This document shows, one piece after another, positions 18,575-29,134 of a stretch of DNA of 64,000 bases. The stretch is from Desulfobacterales bacterium (GTDB lineage Bacteria > Desulfobacterota > Desulfobacteria > Desulfobacterales > UBA5852): positions 1,184,001-1,248,000 of the forward strand of contig CAXXVS010000002.1 in assembly GCA_963674755.2 (NCBI GenBank), in the 5' to 3' direction. Below the pieces are notes generated by a model that was not told the origin of the DNA, made no database searches, and was given only the letters and a program-made list of their open reading frames with translations. A program made the translations under genes and the position numbers. Each line of letters begins with the position of its first letter. Positions within the stretch are counted from its first letter, which is position 1.

Positions 18575-19626
18575 TGCCCGTCATTGCCGTTGCCATCAGC
18601 GGCGGCGTGGATTCCCTCGTCGCCGCCTTTTTATTGAAGAAACAGGGCCACGACATCTTCGGTCTCCATTTCCGGACCGGTTACGAAACTTCCGACCCTG
18701 AGGCAACCGCGCAGTCCCCCCGACCGGCCGATATCACCCGTATCGCACAGCAGTTGAAAATACCGGTCGAGGTCCTGGATATCGCCCCTTTTTTTCGGGA
18801 ATCGGTGATCGCTTATTTCACAAGCGCCTATCAGCAGGGACGCACACCCAATCCCTGCCTGTATTGCAACCCGGCCATCAAATTCGGCCATATCCTGGCC
18901 CATGTCCGGCAAAAAGGGGCCGAAGCGCTGGCAACCGGGCACTATGCCCGCCTGGAAACCGATCCCGACGGCCATTATCATCTCCACCGCGGTGTTGATA
19001 CTCTCAAGGATCAGTCCTATTTTCTTTCCCGGCTGACTCAGGACCAGTTGCGGCAGGCGTGCTTCCCCCTGGGTGACCTGACCAAGGAGGCCGTCCGCCG
19101 GATTGCCCGGGAGAACCAGCTTGTACCGGCCACCCGGGGGGAAAGTCAGGATATCTGTTTTATCAAAAATGCCCCCTATCATGAATTTTTGAAGCAGCAA
19201 GACGGATTCACCCCCCGTGAAGGACCGATTATCGATACCCGGGGACGCTTATTGGGGCACCATCAGGGGCTGCATCAATTTACAATCGGCCAGCGGCGCG
19301 GGATCAACTGCCCGGCGGCCGAACCCTACTATGTGATTCGCCTCGACCACCGCAGCAACGGTCTAGTTGTGGGACATCGCGAGGAACTCTACCGGGCGAC
19401 CTGCACTGTGGAAGATATCAACTGGATCAAGCGCCCGAACCGGTTCCCGGCGGAGGTCATGACCCAGATCCGCTACCGTCATCAGGCCGCACCATCGCAG
19501 GTGAGCGAGCGATCATCAGGCGTGGTGCAGGTCAGGTTTGAGCCGCCCCAGAAGGCTGTCACCCCCGGACAGGGAGCGGTGTTCTACCGGGGAGACGAAG
19601 TCCTGGGGAGCGGGTGGATCGCGTGA
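18574..19626 (+). CDS. mnmA: tRNA 2-thiouridine(34) synthase
   Basis: SGGVDS, TPNPCLYCN, ATGHY, KDQSYFL, TPGQGAVFY. Confidence 0.95.
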   Translation: MPVIAVAISGGVDSLVAAFLLKKQGHDIFGLHFRTGYETSDPEATAQSPRPADITRIAQQLKIPVEVLDIAPFFRESVIAYFTSAYQQGRTPNPCLYCNPAIKFGHILAHVRQKGAEALATGHYARLETDPDGHYHLHRGVDTLKDQSYFLSRLTQDQLRQACFPLGDLTKEAVRRIARENQLVPATRGESQDICFIKNAPYHEFLKQQDGFTPREGPIIDTRGRLLGHHQGLHQFTIGQRRGINCPAAEPYYVIRLDHRSNGLVVGHREELYRATCTVEDINWIKRPNRFPAEVMTQIRYRHQAAPSQVSERSSGVVQVRFEPPQKAVTPGQGAVFYRGDEVLGSGWIA

Positions 19627-19790
19627 CTCGCCATCAAAGCAAGCCGGCCGCGGGAATTTGCAGCTACCGGCCAATGACAGCCAAAGTGCACCGCTGGGAT
19701 CCCTTCAAATGCTCTGCGGCTGTCGAATCGCCGGAGTTGTCAATACCGCAAGCGATCATTTCATTATTATATTAAAACATACTGTTTATA

Positions 19791-21104
19791 TTGAAATTTC
19801 TAATATCAACATTGGGTTGCAAGGTTAACCAGCACGAGTCGGACATCCTGACCGTCGGCTTGCGCGCCTATGGTTGGCAGGCCGCGCACAGGGATGAGAA
19901 AGCCGATGTGTGCATCGTCAACACCTGCACGGTCACCCAGAGAGCCTCCATGCAGTCCCGCCAGCTGATTCGGCAGCTCCAGCGACAGCATCCGGGCGCC
20001 CGTATCATCGTCACCGGTTGTTACGCCCAAATCGCTCCCGGGGAGATCGCGGCCATTGAGGGGGTGCATATGATCGCCGGGCAAAGCCGCAAGGCGGATT
20101 TGCCCGCCATGATCGTGCAGGCCGCCCATGATGCCGGTGTCGCCCCTTTGTGCGCCGTAGACCGTCTTGACCCCCAAATGCCGTTCAGCATGCCGGGGGC
20201 GCCGGTGCCGGGTTCCCGTACGCGCCCCTATCTCAAGATACAAGACGGCTGCAACAGCTTCTGCACCTATTGCATTGTCCCTTATGCCCGCGGGCGAAGC
20301 CGCAGCATGCCTCCGGAGGAAGTCCTCCGGCATCTTCACCAGCTGGGCGCCATGGGGTACCACGAAGCGGTCCTGACGGGGATTCATCTGGGGGTCTATG
20401 GGTTGGATCTGCAGCCGGCCGGCAGTCTCCTGGCCCTGCTGGAAGTCATCGCCCAAGAGCGCCCGCTGGCCCGCATTCGCCTGAGTTCCATCGAACCCAA
20501 CGAACTGTCCGATGAGCTGATCGATCTGGTGGCCGCATCAGATCTGTTCTGCCCGCACTTTCACCTGCCGCTGCAAAGCGGCGACGACACGATTCTCAAA
20601 CGGATGCACCGGCCCTATACAAGGGAATTGTTTCGCCAGCGGGTGATGCACATCAAGCGCCGCCTGCCCTGGGCGGCCGTTGGGGCCGACGTACTGCTGG
20701 GGTTTCCCGGTGAGGACGAGGCGGCTTTCGAACAGACCTGCCGTCTGATCGAGCGCCTTCCCCTCACGTATTTGCACGTCTTTCCCTTCTCGGCGCGCCC
20801 CGGCACCCCGGCCGCCGGCTATGGGGACCAGGTTCCGTCGGATATTATCAAGCGCCGTGCCGCCCGGGTGCGTGCCCTCGGCGCCGAAAAGAAACAGGCC
20901 TTCCTGCAGAGCGCCCTGGGCCGGGAAACCGACGTTCTGCTGGAAACCCGCCGGGACCCCGCCACAGGGCATTTGAAGGGTTTGACCCCTAATTATCTGA
21001 CCGTGTTGCTCGAAGGTCCTGATCATTGCATGAACACGATCGTGCCGGTCGTAATCGAGAGAATCGGCAACGCCTACCAGCTTGTAGGACAACTCGTGGA
21101 CTAA
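19791..21104 (+). CDS. mtaB: tRNA t6A37 methylthiotransferase
   Basis: [45 protein letters not shown]. Confidence 0.92.
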   Translation: MKFLISTLGCKVNQHESDILTVGLRAYGWQAAHRDEKADVCIVNTCTVTQRASMQSRQLIRQLQRQHPGARIIVTGCYAQIAPGEIAAIEGVHMIAGQSRKADLPAMIVQAAHDAGVAPLCAVDRLDPQMPFSMPGAPVPGSRTRPYLKIQDGCNSFCTYCIVPYARGRSRSMPPEEVLRHLHQLGAMGYHEAVLTGIHLGVYGLDLQPAGSLLALLEVIAQERPLARIRLSSIEPNELSDELIDLVAASDLFCPHFHLPLQSGDDTILKRMHRPYTRELFRQRVMHIKRRLPWAAVGADVLLGFPGEDEAAFEQTCRLIERLPLTYLHVFPFSARPGTPAAGYGDQVPSDIIKRRAARVRALGAEKKQAFLQSALGRETDVLLETRRDPATGHLKGLTPNYLTVLLEGPDHCMNTIVPVVIERIGNAYQLVGQLVD

Positions 21105-21166
21105 AACCTTTACCGCTCAACACCCATCGCGTGCATGCGCATGATAAACCTGAAAGGAAGAAACAA

Positions 21167-21691
21167 ATGAGCTTTGAAAAAGTTGACCACCAGGAACCCG
21201 TTGAACGACCCGTCGCCGTATTCGAAACCAGCAAAGGCACCTTCGAAGCCGAGCTCTTCGCAGCGGAATGCCCGGAAACCGTCTGGAACTTCATCAACCT
21301 GGCCGAGGGACGGCAACCCACCCAAAAAGAGGGCCCTTTTTACGACGGCCTCACCTTCCACCGCGTCATCGAAGGATTCGTTATCCAGGGGGGCTGCCCC
21401 CAGGGCACCGGAACAGGCGGACCCGGCTACCAATTCAAGGACGAATTCGATCCGGCCCTACGCCATGACGGCCCCGGCATCCTTTCCATGGCCAATGCCG
21501 GGCCCGGCACCAACGGCAGCCAGTTTTTCGTCACCCTGGCGCCGACGCCGCACTTGAACGACCGCCATTCCGTCTTCGGACGGGTCACCAAGGGCCTGGA
21601 GGTGGTGGAAGCCATCGGAAACGTGGCCACCGGCCCCATGGACCGACCGGTGGAACCGGTGGTCATTGAAAAAATTACCATAAGACGGTAA
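21167..21691 (+). CDS. Cyclophilin-type peptidyl-prolyl isomerase
   Basis: [29 protein letters not shown]. Confidence 0.95.
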   Translation: MSFEKVDHQEPVERPVAVFETSKGTFEAELFAAECPETVWNFINLAEGRQPTQKEGPFYDGLTFHRVIEGFVIQGGCPQGTGTGGPGYQFKDEFDPALRHDGPGILSMANAGPGTNGSQFFVTLAPTPHLNDRHSVFGRVTKGLEVVEAIGNVATGPMDRPVEPVVIEKITIRR

Positions 21692-21872
21692 TTTTTAATC
21701 AAAACCAATCTCTGAGAATCACGCGTCAATTCAAACGGGCTGCAACGCCGTAACGCGACCTCAGGCGCGGTTTATCTCCGGCCTGGTGCGGTATCTCAGC
21801 ATCCGGCCGGGGTTCCATACCCTTACATTTTATGCCCGATGCATAAGAAGCGGTTCACCCCCCTTGTTGACA

Positions 21873-21904
21873 ATTAGTTAACCTTAACGTAAAGGTTAAC
21901 TAAT
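21873..21904. promoter_or_regulatory. Palindromic MerR/LiuR-type operator
   Basis: ATTAGTTAACCTT-AACGTA-AAGGTTAACTAAT, immediately after TTGACA and upstream of the MerR gene. Confidence 0.7.
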
Positions 21905-21951
21905 CGATGCCCCGCTGGACAACAGCCACTATTCAATCGGGAGTCTTCGAC

Positions 21952-22380
21952 GTGCCCTCTTCCAAAATGCCTGCCGGCCAATTTACCATTTCTCAGCTGG
22001 CGTCTGAACTCGGGATCAGCACCCGCTCGATTCGCTTTTATGAAGAAAAGGGGCTGATCTCGCCCCAGCGAACCCGTGGCAACCAGCGTATCTACGCTAA
22101 GCGCGACCGCGCCCGGTTGAAACTCATCCTGCGGGGCAAGCGGTTTGGCTATAGCCTGAATGAAATCGCGGAAATGATCGGCCATACCACGGTCGACATG
22201 GAAGAACGCGAACAAATCCGTAAAAGTCTGCATTACGGCGAAAAAAAATTGTCTGAAGTATATGCCCGCATTGACGAACTCCAGCAATTAGCCCAAGAGT
22301 TGACCGACGTGAAAGAAAAGCTGATCCGCCGGTTGGAAGAGATCGCAAAGGCTTCGGTCGATCCGGCCGGTTCCCGATGA
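21952..22380 (+). CDS. MerR-family (LiuR-like) regulator
   Basis: FTISQLASELGISTRSIRFYEEKGLI...RLKLILRGKRFGYSL. Confidence 0.9.
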   Translation: MPSSKMPAGQFTISQLASELGISTRSIRFYEEKGLISPQRTRGNQRIYAKRDRARLKLILRGKRFGYSLNEIAEMIGHTTVDMEEREQIRKSLHYGEKKLSEVYARIDELQQLAQELTDVKEKLIRRLEEIAKASVDPAGSR

Positions 22381-22460
22381 TCGTTCATTGCCCCCTCCCT
22401 GACAACGTGCTTCCCATTGGTTCAACCATTGAGTTATAATAAACAACATAAGGAGGTATA

Positions 22461-23705
22461 ATGTTTGACCATTTGTTGTCTCAAGAAGCCCTTGAACTGC
22501 GTGAGGATGTCCGGGATCTCGTCAAATGGGTGCCCCGTCAGATGATCCTGGACATGGACAAGGACCGCATTCGCTTTCCCAAGGAATTCCTCCAGGAAGC
22601 GGGCCGCCGCAATCTGATGGGCTGCCGCTACCCCAAACAGTGGGGCGGCCGCGGACTCGACTGGGTCAGCACCGCCATGGTGATGGAGGAAGTCGGCACC
22701 CTGGGCTATATCTTCGCCTGTGTCTTCGGCGTGGGCGCCGAACTGGTCTGCGACGCCATCATCCAGCACGGCACCGACGGCCAGCGGGAAGCCTATGTCA
22801 AGCCGCTCCTGCAGGGAAATCGCTTTGCGGCCGAATGCCTCACCGAACCCCGGGGCGGGTCGGATTTTTTCGGCACCACGACCACTGCCGTACCCCAAGG
22901 CGGCGACTACATCCTCAACGGCCAGAAGCGGTTCATCGTGGGGGCCGAAGGGGCGGATTTTTTCCTGGTCTATGCCAAGACCGATCCGGAGGCCGAACCC
23001 CACAAGGCCCTCACCTGCTTTATCGTGGACCGCGGCCCGGGAGTCGAAACGCGCTATCTCTACAACCTGATGGGCTGCCGGGGCGGCGGTGCCGGCCGCC
23101 TGGTCTTCAAAGACGTGCGGGTGCCGGCCGCCAACATCGTGGGCACCTTGAACGGCGCCTACGCCGTCTTCAACACCATGATGATTCCGGAGCGCCTGGG
23201 AACCGCGGCCATGACCATCGGGGCCGCCCGTCCGGCCCTGGAGGTGGCCACCCGCTACACCAGCCGCCGCCGCGCCTTCGGCCAGATCATCAACCAGTTC
23301 CAGGGGGTGAGCTTCCAGGTGGCCGAAGCGGCCATGCTGCTGGATGCCGCCCGGGCCTTGATCTACACCACGGCCCGGGCCGTGGACGACAGCTGTCCGT
23401 CCCGCTTTATCCGCCGCCAGGTGTCCGAAACCAAGAAATTCGTCACCGAATCCTGCCAAAAGGCGGCCCACCATGCCATGCAGGTCATGGGCGGTATCGG
23501 CTACACGGACATTTTTCCGGTGGAACGCATCCTGCGCGACTTGCGGCTGGCCTCCATCTGGACCGGCAGCAATGAAGTCATGGCCATGATCATCGCCAAT
23601 GAATGGTACCGCGAGCAATTGTCCAAGCACCAGAGCGAGCTGCCGCGCCTGCCCGAAGACGACGCTGAAAGCGCTTTTGTCGAGGATGAAAAAATCTACG
23701 AATAA
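22461..23705 (+). CDS. Acyl-CoA dehydrogenase
   Basis: CLTEPRGGSD, LNGQKRFI, AFGQIINQFQ, QVMGGIGY. Confidence 0.93.
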   Translation: MFDHLLSQEALELREDVRDLVKWVPRQMILDMDKDRIRFPKEFLQEAGRRNLMGCRYPKQWGGRGLDWVSTAMVMEEVGTLGYIFACVFGVGAELVCDAIIQHGTDGQREAYVKPLLQGNRFAAECLTEPRGGSDFFGTTTTAVPQGGDYILNGQKRFIVGAEGADFFLVYAKTDPEAEPHKALTCFIVDRGPGVETRYLYNLMGCRGGGAGRLVFKDVRVPAANIVGTLNGAYAVFNTMMIPERLGTAAMTIGAARPALEVATRYTSRRRAFGQIINQFQGVSFQVAEAAMLLDAARALIYTTARAVDDSCPSRFIRRQVSETKKFVTESCQKAAHHAMQVMGGIGYTDIFPVERILRDLRLASIWTGSNEVMAMIIANEWYREQLSKHQSELPRLPEDDAESAFVEDEKIYE

Positions 23706-23838
23706 TTCTGGAGCTAAAAAAACGCTGCAAAATTATTATTGAAGAAACCATTTAGCGACAAGCATCCCGGATTGGCAAAACCTATCGATGATTCCACCAA
23801 AGGTGGAAGGCCCCTATATCAAAGCGAGGTAGACTGCT

Positions 23839-24660
23839 GTGCGTCTCGTCAAGCAACGCCGCTATGGTCCGGTGCATGCCGTCCAGATGGGCTATAGCCC
23901 GGTGGGTTCACCCCTCATGAGCGTGCATTTCTTCTATCTGGACGGTCTGCTCATCGATACCGGACAGAGCCACATGCGGCGCGAGACTTTGGCGGCCGTG
24001 GCCGATCGGCCCGTACACGACATTCTGCTGACCCATCACCATGAGGACCACAGCGGCAACGCCGCCGCCTTGCAGCGCCGGACGGGCGCCCCTGTATGGG
24101 GCCACCCCGCCGCAGCGGCCAAACTTGCCGCGGGCTATCGCATCCTGCCCTATCAGCATCTGGTATGGGGACGGGCACAACCGCTGACAGTGACCCCGTT
24201 GGAAGGGGCGGTTGAATCAGCCCGTTACCGGCTAAACCCGGTGGAAACACCCGGCCACAGCAGGGATCACGTGGTCTATCTCGAAGAAAACGAGGGCTGG
24301 TTGTTTTCCGGCGATCTGTTCATCGGGGAGCGCATCAAGTTTTTCCGGTCGGATGAGGATATCCACGCCCAGATCAGCTCGCTGGAAACCATATTGCGGT
24401 GTGATTTCGAGATGCTGCTTTGCGCCCACAACCCGCGAGCCCGAGGCGGCAAAGACGCCCTGGCCTGCAAGCTGGCATTTCTGAAAGCCCTGCGGGACGA
24501 CGTCCGGGATTTGCACGGCCGGGGCTATCCCCTCCGGGAAATCATCCGACGCCTCGATTCCAAAGCCGACCGGCGGGTTAAATGGATCACCATGGGCAAT
24601 GCCAGCTTTGCCAATATGGTGCGTTCGGCCCTCGACAGGCCGCGGATAAACGGCGCCTAA
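23839..24660 (+). CDS. MBL-fold metallo-hydrolase
   Basis: THHHEDHSG, TPGHSRDH, FSGD. Confidence 0.9.
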   Translation: MRLVKQRRYGPVHAVQMGYSPVGSPLMSVHFFYLDGLLIDTGQSHMRRETLAAVADRPVHDILLTHHHEDHSGNAAALQRRTGAPVWGHPAAAAKLAAGYRILPYQHLVWGRAQPLTVTPLEGAVESARYRLNPVETPGHSRDHVVYLEENEGWLFSGDLFIGERIKFFRSDEDIHAQISSLETILRCDFEMLLCAHNPRARGGKDALACKLAFLKALRDDVRDLHGRGYPLREIIRRLDSKADRRVKWITMGNASFANMVRSALDRPRINGA

Positions 24661-25097
24661 GGCCGAAATGCGGCGTTGCTGGTCCTCGCGAAAATGCTCA
24701 CAACCCTGATGGTTGCTGCGCTTCTCGCGGCGGACCGCGCCTTGCCTTTCGGCCTGATGCTTGTTTCTCCGAGGCCTGTCAAATTGCGGATAAACGGCGC
24801 CTAAGGCCGAAATGCGGCGTTGGCCGCCTGCGCGGCATTCCTCATCTGATCATATAGACCAAGGTGAGTCACCACCTCGCGAAAATGCTCACAACCCTGA
24901 TGGTTGCTGCGCTTCTCGCGGCGGACCGCGCCTTGCCTTTCGGCCTGATGCTTGTTTCTCCGAGGCCTGTCAAATTGCGGATAAACGGCGCCTAAGGCCG
25001 AAATGCGGCGTTGGCCGCCTGCGCGGCATTCCTCATCTGATCATATAGACCAAGGTGAGTCACCACCTCGCGAAAATGCTCACAACCCTGATGGTTG
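24634..25097. repeat. REP/MITE-like ~147-bp palindromic element (24634-24780) extended by a 191-bp tandem duplication
   Basis: GACAGGCC...GGCCTGTC termini with nested inverted repeats. CCTCGCGAAAATGCTCACAACCCTGATGGTTG recurs at 24684, 24875 and 25066. Confidence 0.85.
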
Positions 25098-25143
25098 TTT
25101 ATCCACTGCCTGCCTGACGCCCGGCGTCCTGATCCGCCGGGCG

Positions 25144-25917
25144 TCAGCTCATCCCGCGCACCTTTTTGATGGCCTCATAGGCTTCCTGGATTTCGCGGAA
25201 CTTGCTTTCGGCAAAATCGGTAAATTCGTCCGGTAGTCCTTTGGCGGCAATGCGGTCGGGGTGGAATTCCTTGACCAGGGTCCGATAATGCTTTTTGATC
25301 TCCTCGTCCGAAGCCTCCGGCGTTACGCCCAAGGTGCGGTAAAAATGGTCTTGCGCCGGCCCCTGGCGCCCCCCCCTGCCCAAAACGTCGGGCTCCGGCA
25401 GCCCGAATATCCGGGCCGCCCGCCGCACCAGCTCCGCCTCGACAGCGCTGAAATCACGATCGGCCAACGCCACACGCACCAGAATATCAAGCATGAAGGT
25501 CAAAATTTCCGGCCGGTTCCGGAAAGCCTGGTAAAATTGAAGGGCAAAGTCATCGAAAGCATGGGGCGAGGTCTTGGCGGTGTTAAAGATATTGATGGCC
25601 ACCTGCCGGCTGGCGGGACTCAGGCGCAAATCGTCCTGCATGAACCGCTCGATGGTGGCAATTTCGTCCTGGGTGACCCGGCCGTCGGCCTGCACGAGCT
25701 TGGCCAGCATGGAGAAGGCCGCCACAAAAAACGTCATCTGGGCGTCTTCATGGGTGCTCAACCGCGGCCCCTGCCCCTGCCCCTGCATGCCACCGTGGCG
25801 GGCCATTTCATTGGTCTGGTCGAAAAAATGCCCGAAAGCCGCCCCGGCAATGGCTCCCAGCGGGCCGCCCAGCGCCAATCCGATGGTCCCCCCGACGATT
25901 TTTCCCATCCATCCCAT
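25144..25917 (-). CDS. djlA: Co-chaperone DjlA (TerB-like + J domain)
   Basis: N-terminal GGPLGAIAG membrane anchor, ADGRV, C-terminal FHPD J domain. Confidence 0.9.
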   Translation of the reverse strand: MGWMGKIVGGTIGLALGGPLGAIAGAAFGHFFDQTNEMARHGGMQGQGQGPRLSTHEDAQMTFFVAAFSMLAKLVQADGRVTQDEIATIERFMQDDLRLSPASRQVAINIFNTAKTSPHAFDDFALQFYQAFRNRPEILTFMLDILVRVALADRDFSAVEAELVRRAARIFGLPEPDVLGRGGRQGPAQDHFYRTLGVTPEASDEEIKKHYRTLVKEFHPDRIAAKGLPDEFTDFAESKFREIQEAYEAIKKVRGMS

Positions 25918-26053
25918 AAGACTAACCTTTCATAAAGTTATGTTGTGCTATGATCGCCCCAAACGGATTACTAATCCGCGATCAACGCCAAATTCAATAA
26001 AAAAAGGGCCCCCAGAACATTGCGCACGATCTGGAAACCCTTGGAATCATCTG

Positions 26054-26140
26054 TGGTGCCGAAGGGGAGACTCGAACTCCCACCGACGTACGTCGACTAG
26101 ACCCTGAACCTAGCGCGTCTACCAGTTCCGCCACTTCGGC
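26054..26140 (-). tRNA. tRNA-Leu(CAG)
   Basis: GCCGAAGTGGCGGAACTGGTAGACGCGCTAGGTTCAGGGTCTAG...GTTCGAGTCTCCCCTTCGGCACCA; long variable arm. Confidence 0.95.
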
Positions 26141-26246
26141 ACACCAGGAATGCGTGAGGAAAACCATTGATTAATCACGCAAGATGGACTATCTATACCG
26201 CTTTAATTTTGGTGTCAAGCAAATAGTGCGGGAATTTTACCACCTA

Positions 26247-27182
26247 ATGAAAATCATCGAACGTCTTGAGGAAATTGAGGATCCCTTCACCAACGCTGTT
26301 GTGACTATCGGCAATTTCGACGGCGTCCATATCGGCCACCAAAGCCTTTTTCACGAAGTGATCCTAAAGGCTGCCGAACTTAAAGGAACATCGGTCGCCA
26401 TAACATTCGACCCCCACCCCCTGCGGGTCCTCACCAAACGCCGCCATCCGCGGCTCATCACCCTCAACGAGCAGAAAAAGGAATTGATCGCCGCCACGAA
26501 GCTCGACGTTTTGATCATTATACCTTTTACAAAAGATTTTGCCGCCATTTCGGCCCGGGATTTTATATCCGATCTGCTGGTGAAACGTATCGGCATGCAA
26601 GCCATCATTGTCGGCAAGGATTATTCATTCGGTAAAAATCGCGAGGGCGATGTCCGTTTATTGCAAACGCTGGGGCGCGAGTTGGGTTTTGAGGTCATTC
26701 TGGCCGATTGGATCAAGGCCTCCCTGAAAAACGAAGGGCGCATCAGCAGCACCCGCATCCGCAAATTGGTCGCGGCCGGCGACGTTGAAACAGCGCAGAA
26801 ATTGCTGGGTCGCTGCTACCAGATCAGGGGCACCGTGGTAAGGGGGCGCAACCGGGGCGGCAAGTTGCTTGGCTTTCCCACCGCCAACATCGCCCTGCAG
26901 GACGAATTGTGTCCTAAAACCGGCATCTATGCCGTCACCGTGGATTGGGAGGGCAAACTTTACCAAGGGGTCGCCAATATCGGCTACAGTCCGACTTTTG
27001 ACGACCACGTCTTCACGGTGGAAGTCCACATCTTGGATTTCCATGAAGATCTTTACGGGCAAAAGATCAAAGTCAACTTCCTGAAACGCATCCGGGACGA
27101 AATGAAGTTCAACGGCCTCGAAGCCCTTTCCGATCAGATCCGAAACGACATTGCCGTTGCGCGGCATCTGTTTGACCACTAA
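26247..27182 (+). CDS. ribF: Bifunctional riboflavin kinase/FAD synthetase
   Basis: IGNFDGVHIGH, ISSTRIR, GFPTAN, EVHILDF. Confidence 0.95.
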   Translation: MKIIERLEEIEDPFTNAVVTIGNFDGVHIGHQSLFHEVILKAAELKGTSVAITFDPHPLRVLTKRRHPRLITLNEQKKELIAATKLDVLIIIPFTKDFAAISARDFISDLLVKRIGMQAIIVGKDYSFGKNREGDVRLLQTLGRELGFEVILADWIKASLKNEGRISSTRIRKLVAAGDVETAQKLLGRCYQIRGTVVRGRNRGGKLLGFPTANIALQDELCPKTGIYAVTVDWEGKLYQGVANIGYSPTFDDHVFTVEVHILDFHEDLYGQKIKVNFLKRIRDEMKFNGLEALSDQIRNDIAVARHLFDH

Positions 27183-27222
27183 GCGATTCTGCCGATAGAC
27201 AGACTGGCCCAAAGTTGGCCCC

Positions 27223-27441
27223 ATGAATCACAAGGTCTATATCTCCTTAATCGTTGGCGCTGTTTTTTCTTGTTTGGGCCTCTATCTGGCCTTCCGCAAC
27301 GTCCCTATAGCATCTCTCCTGGATTACGCCTCGCAAATCAATTACGCCTTCGCCATTTTCCCGGTCATTTTAGCCGGTTGGATGTCATGCTTGATCCTCG
27401 GGTTTCGATGGCAAACGCTCACCAAACGCGACCCCTTTTAG
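27223..27441 (+). pseudogene. Short membrane ORF, possibly the N-terminal remnant of a UPF0104/lysylphosphatidylglycerol-synthase-type flippase
   Basis: GLYLAFRNVP...INY...FRWQTL pattern; ends after 72 aa. Confidence 0.4.
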
Positions 27442-27679
27442 GTTCGCCCATGGGCGCGTATCGCCGAAATATGACGCGTATGGAGGAGAGGATTCCAATT
27501 TGCGTAGGGTAGAGATGAGGGCTACGAGGCATAATTGGATCGAGAAAACCTGCTTTGACAATTATGAAAAAATTCACCATATTCAACACGCAAACAACGA
27601 CGATGTATGCCTGCCGGTGTAAAATAATGATAGCGCCCAGCTGTTCCATAGAACAACCGGCCGGCCTGGAAGGTAATGG

Positions 27680-28192
27680 ATGACTGTTCGTACCATATTG
27701 ACATATCCTGATAAATTTCTCCGGCAGCCCACGAAACCGGTCGACACATTCGACGATGATCTGCAGGTGCTGATCGATGACATGATCGAGACCATGTATG
27801 ACGAGCCGGGTGTCGGTCTGGCCGCCATCCAGATCGGCTCCGACCGGAGTGTGATTGTTTACGACGTAACGCAAACCGAAGGCGAGCGGAAGGCGGAGGC
27901 GCTGGTCAACCCGGAAATCGTTTTTCGGGAGGGTTCGCAGCTCTCCGAAAATGAAGGCTGTCTCAGCGTTCCCGATTTCCGCGCCGATGTCAAACGCAAC
28001 GCCCATGTCCGGGTCGAAGGCTTGGACCGGCACGGCCGCCCGGTTGAAATCGATGCCGAGGAATTCCTGGCCATCGTGCTCCAGCATGAAATCGACCATC
28101 TCCGCGGCATCCTGTTCATCGACCGCATTTCGTCGCTGAAGCGCGAAATGTACAAACGCAAACGCAAAAAACAGCTCCGGCAGACCGCATGA
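27680..28192 (+). CDS. def: Peptide deformylase
   Basis: GVGLAAIQIG, EGCLS, QHEIDHL. Confidence 0.96.
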   Translation: MTVRTILTYPDKFLRQPTKPVDTFDDDLQVLIDDMIETMYDEPGVGLAAIQIGSDRSVIVYDVTQTEGERKAEALVNPEIVFREGSQLSENEGCLSVPDFRADVKRNAHVRVEGLDRHGRPVEIDAEEFLAIVLQHEIDHLRGILFIDRISSLKREMYKRKRKKQLRQTA

Positions 28193-29127
28193 AAGCCTTC
28201 CGCATCATCTTCATGGGAACACCGGATTTTGCGGTGCCGGCCCTCGAAGCGCTGCACCGGAGCCGCCACGCCATCGTGGCGGTCGTCACCCGGCCGGACC
28301 AGCCTAAAGGACGCGGCCGCAAGCTGACGCCGCCCCCGGTTAAAATCGCCGCCCAAACCTTGGGATACGACGTGGCCCAACCTGGATGTATTCACCAGCC
28401 GGAGTGCCTGTCCTTTCTGGAGGCGCAAAAACCCGACCTTTTTGTGGTGATCGCCTTTGGGCGCCTTCTAAAACCCCAGCACTTCGCCATTCCACACCAT
28501 GGCATCATCAATGTGCATGCCTCCCTACTGCCCCGCTACCGCGGACCGGCGCCCATTCAATGGGCCATCATCAACGGCGACCAGGAAACGGGCGTTACGA
28601 CCATGATGATGGTCGAGGAACTCGATGCCGGCGACATCCTGGTGCAGGCCCGCACGCCCATCAACAGGGATGATACGTCCGCGACATTACATGATCGTTT
28701 GGCCGCGATGGGCGCCTCACTCATAGTGGACACCCTTGACAAACTGGCGGATAACGATCTGCATCCTGAAAAACAGGACCCGGCCCGGGTAACCTACGCC
28801 CCGAAACTTAAGAAAAAAGACGGCCGCATTCGTTGGGACCAGTCCACAGCGGCCATCGATGCCTTTATACGCGGCATGACCCCCTGGCCGGGCGCCTTTA
28901 CCTTTTTAGGCGATATGCGGTTGAAGGTCTTTAACGTGCAACCGGCTCTCTTGCCCCAACCTGCCCCACCCGGCACGGTCATCGAGGGATTTTCCAACGA
29001 GATACGGGTGGCCACAGGAAACGGTGCCTTGACGATAGAGGAGATCCAAAGCGCTTCCGGCCGCCGCATGGCTACTGAGGAATTCTTAAAAGGCACCAAT
29101 ATTCTTCCCGGCACCCAACTGGGATGA
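28189..29127 (+). CDS. fmt: Methionyl-tRNA formyltransferase
   Basis: FMGTPDFA, NVHASLLPRYRGPAPIQ. Confidence 0.96.
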   Translation: MKAFRIIFMGTPDFAVPALEALHRSRHAIVAVVTRPDQPKGRGRKLTPPPVKIAAQTLGYDVAQPGCIHQPECLSFLEAQKPDLFVVIAFGRLLKPQHFAIPHHGIINVHASLLPRYRGPAPIQWAIINGDQETGVTTMMMVEELDAGDILVQARTPINRDDTSATLHDRLAAMGASLIVDTLDKLADNDLHPEKQDPARVTYAPKLKKKDGRIRWDQSTAAIDAFIRGMTPWPGAFTFLGDMRLKVFNVQPALLPQPAPPGTVIEGFSNEIRVATGNGALTIEEIQSASGRRMATEEFLKGTNILPGTQLG

Positions 29128-29134
29128 ATTCCCC

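Noticed and set aside
24684..25097. CRISPR array or real duplicated ORFs (24582-25236)
   Set aside because: The intervening sequences are identical rather than unique spacers, and the ORFs are translations of a palindromic repeat.
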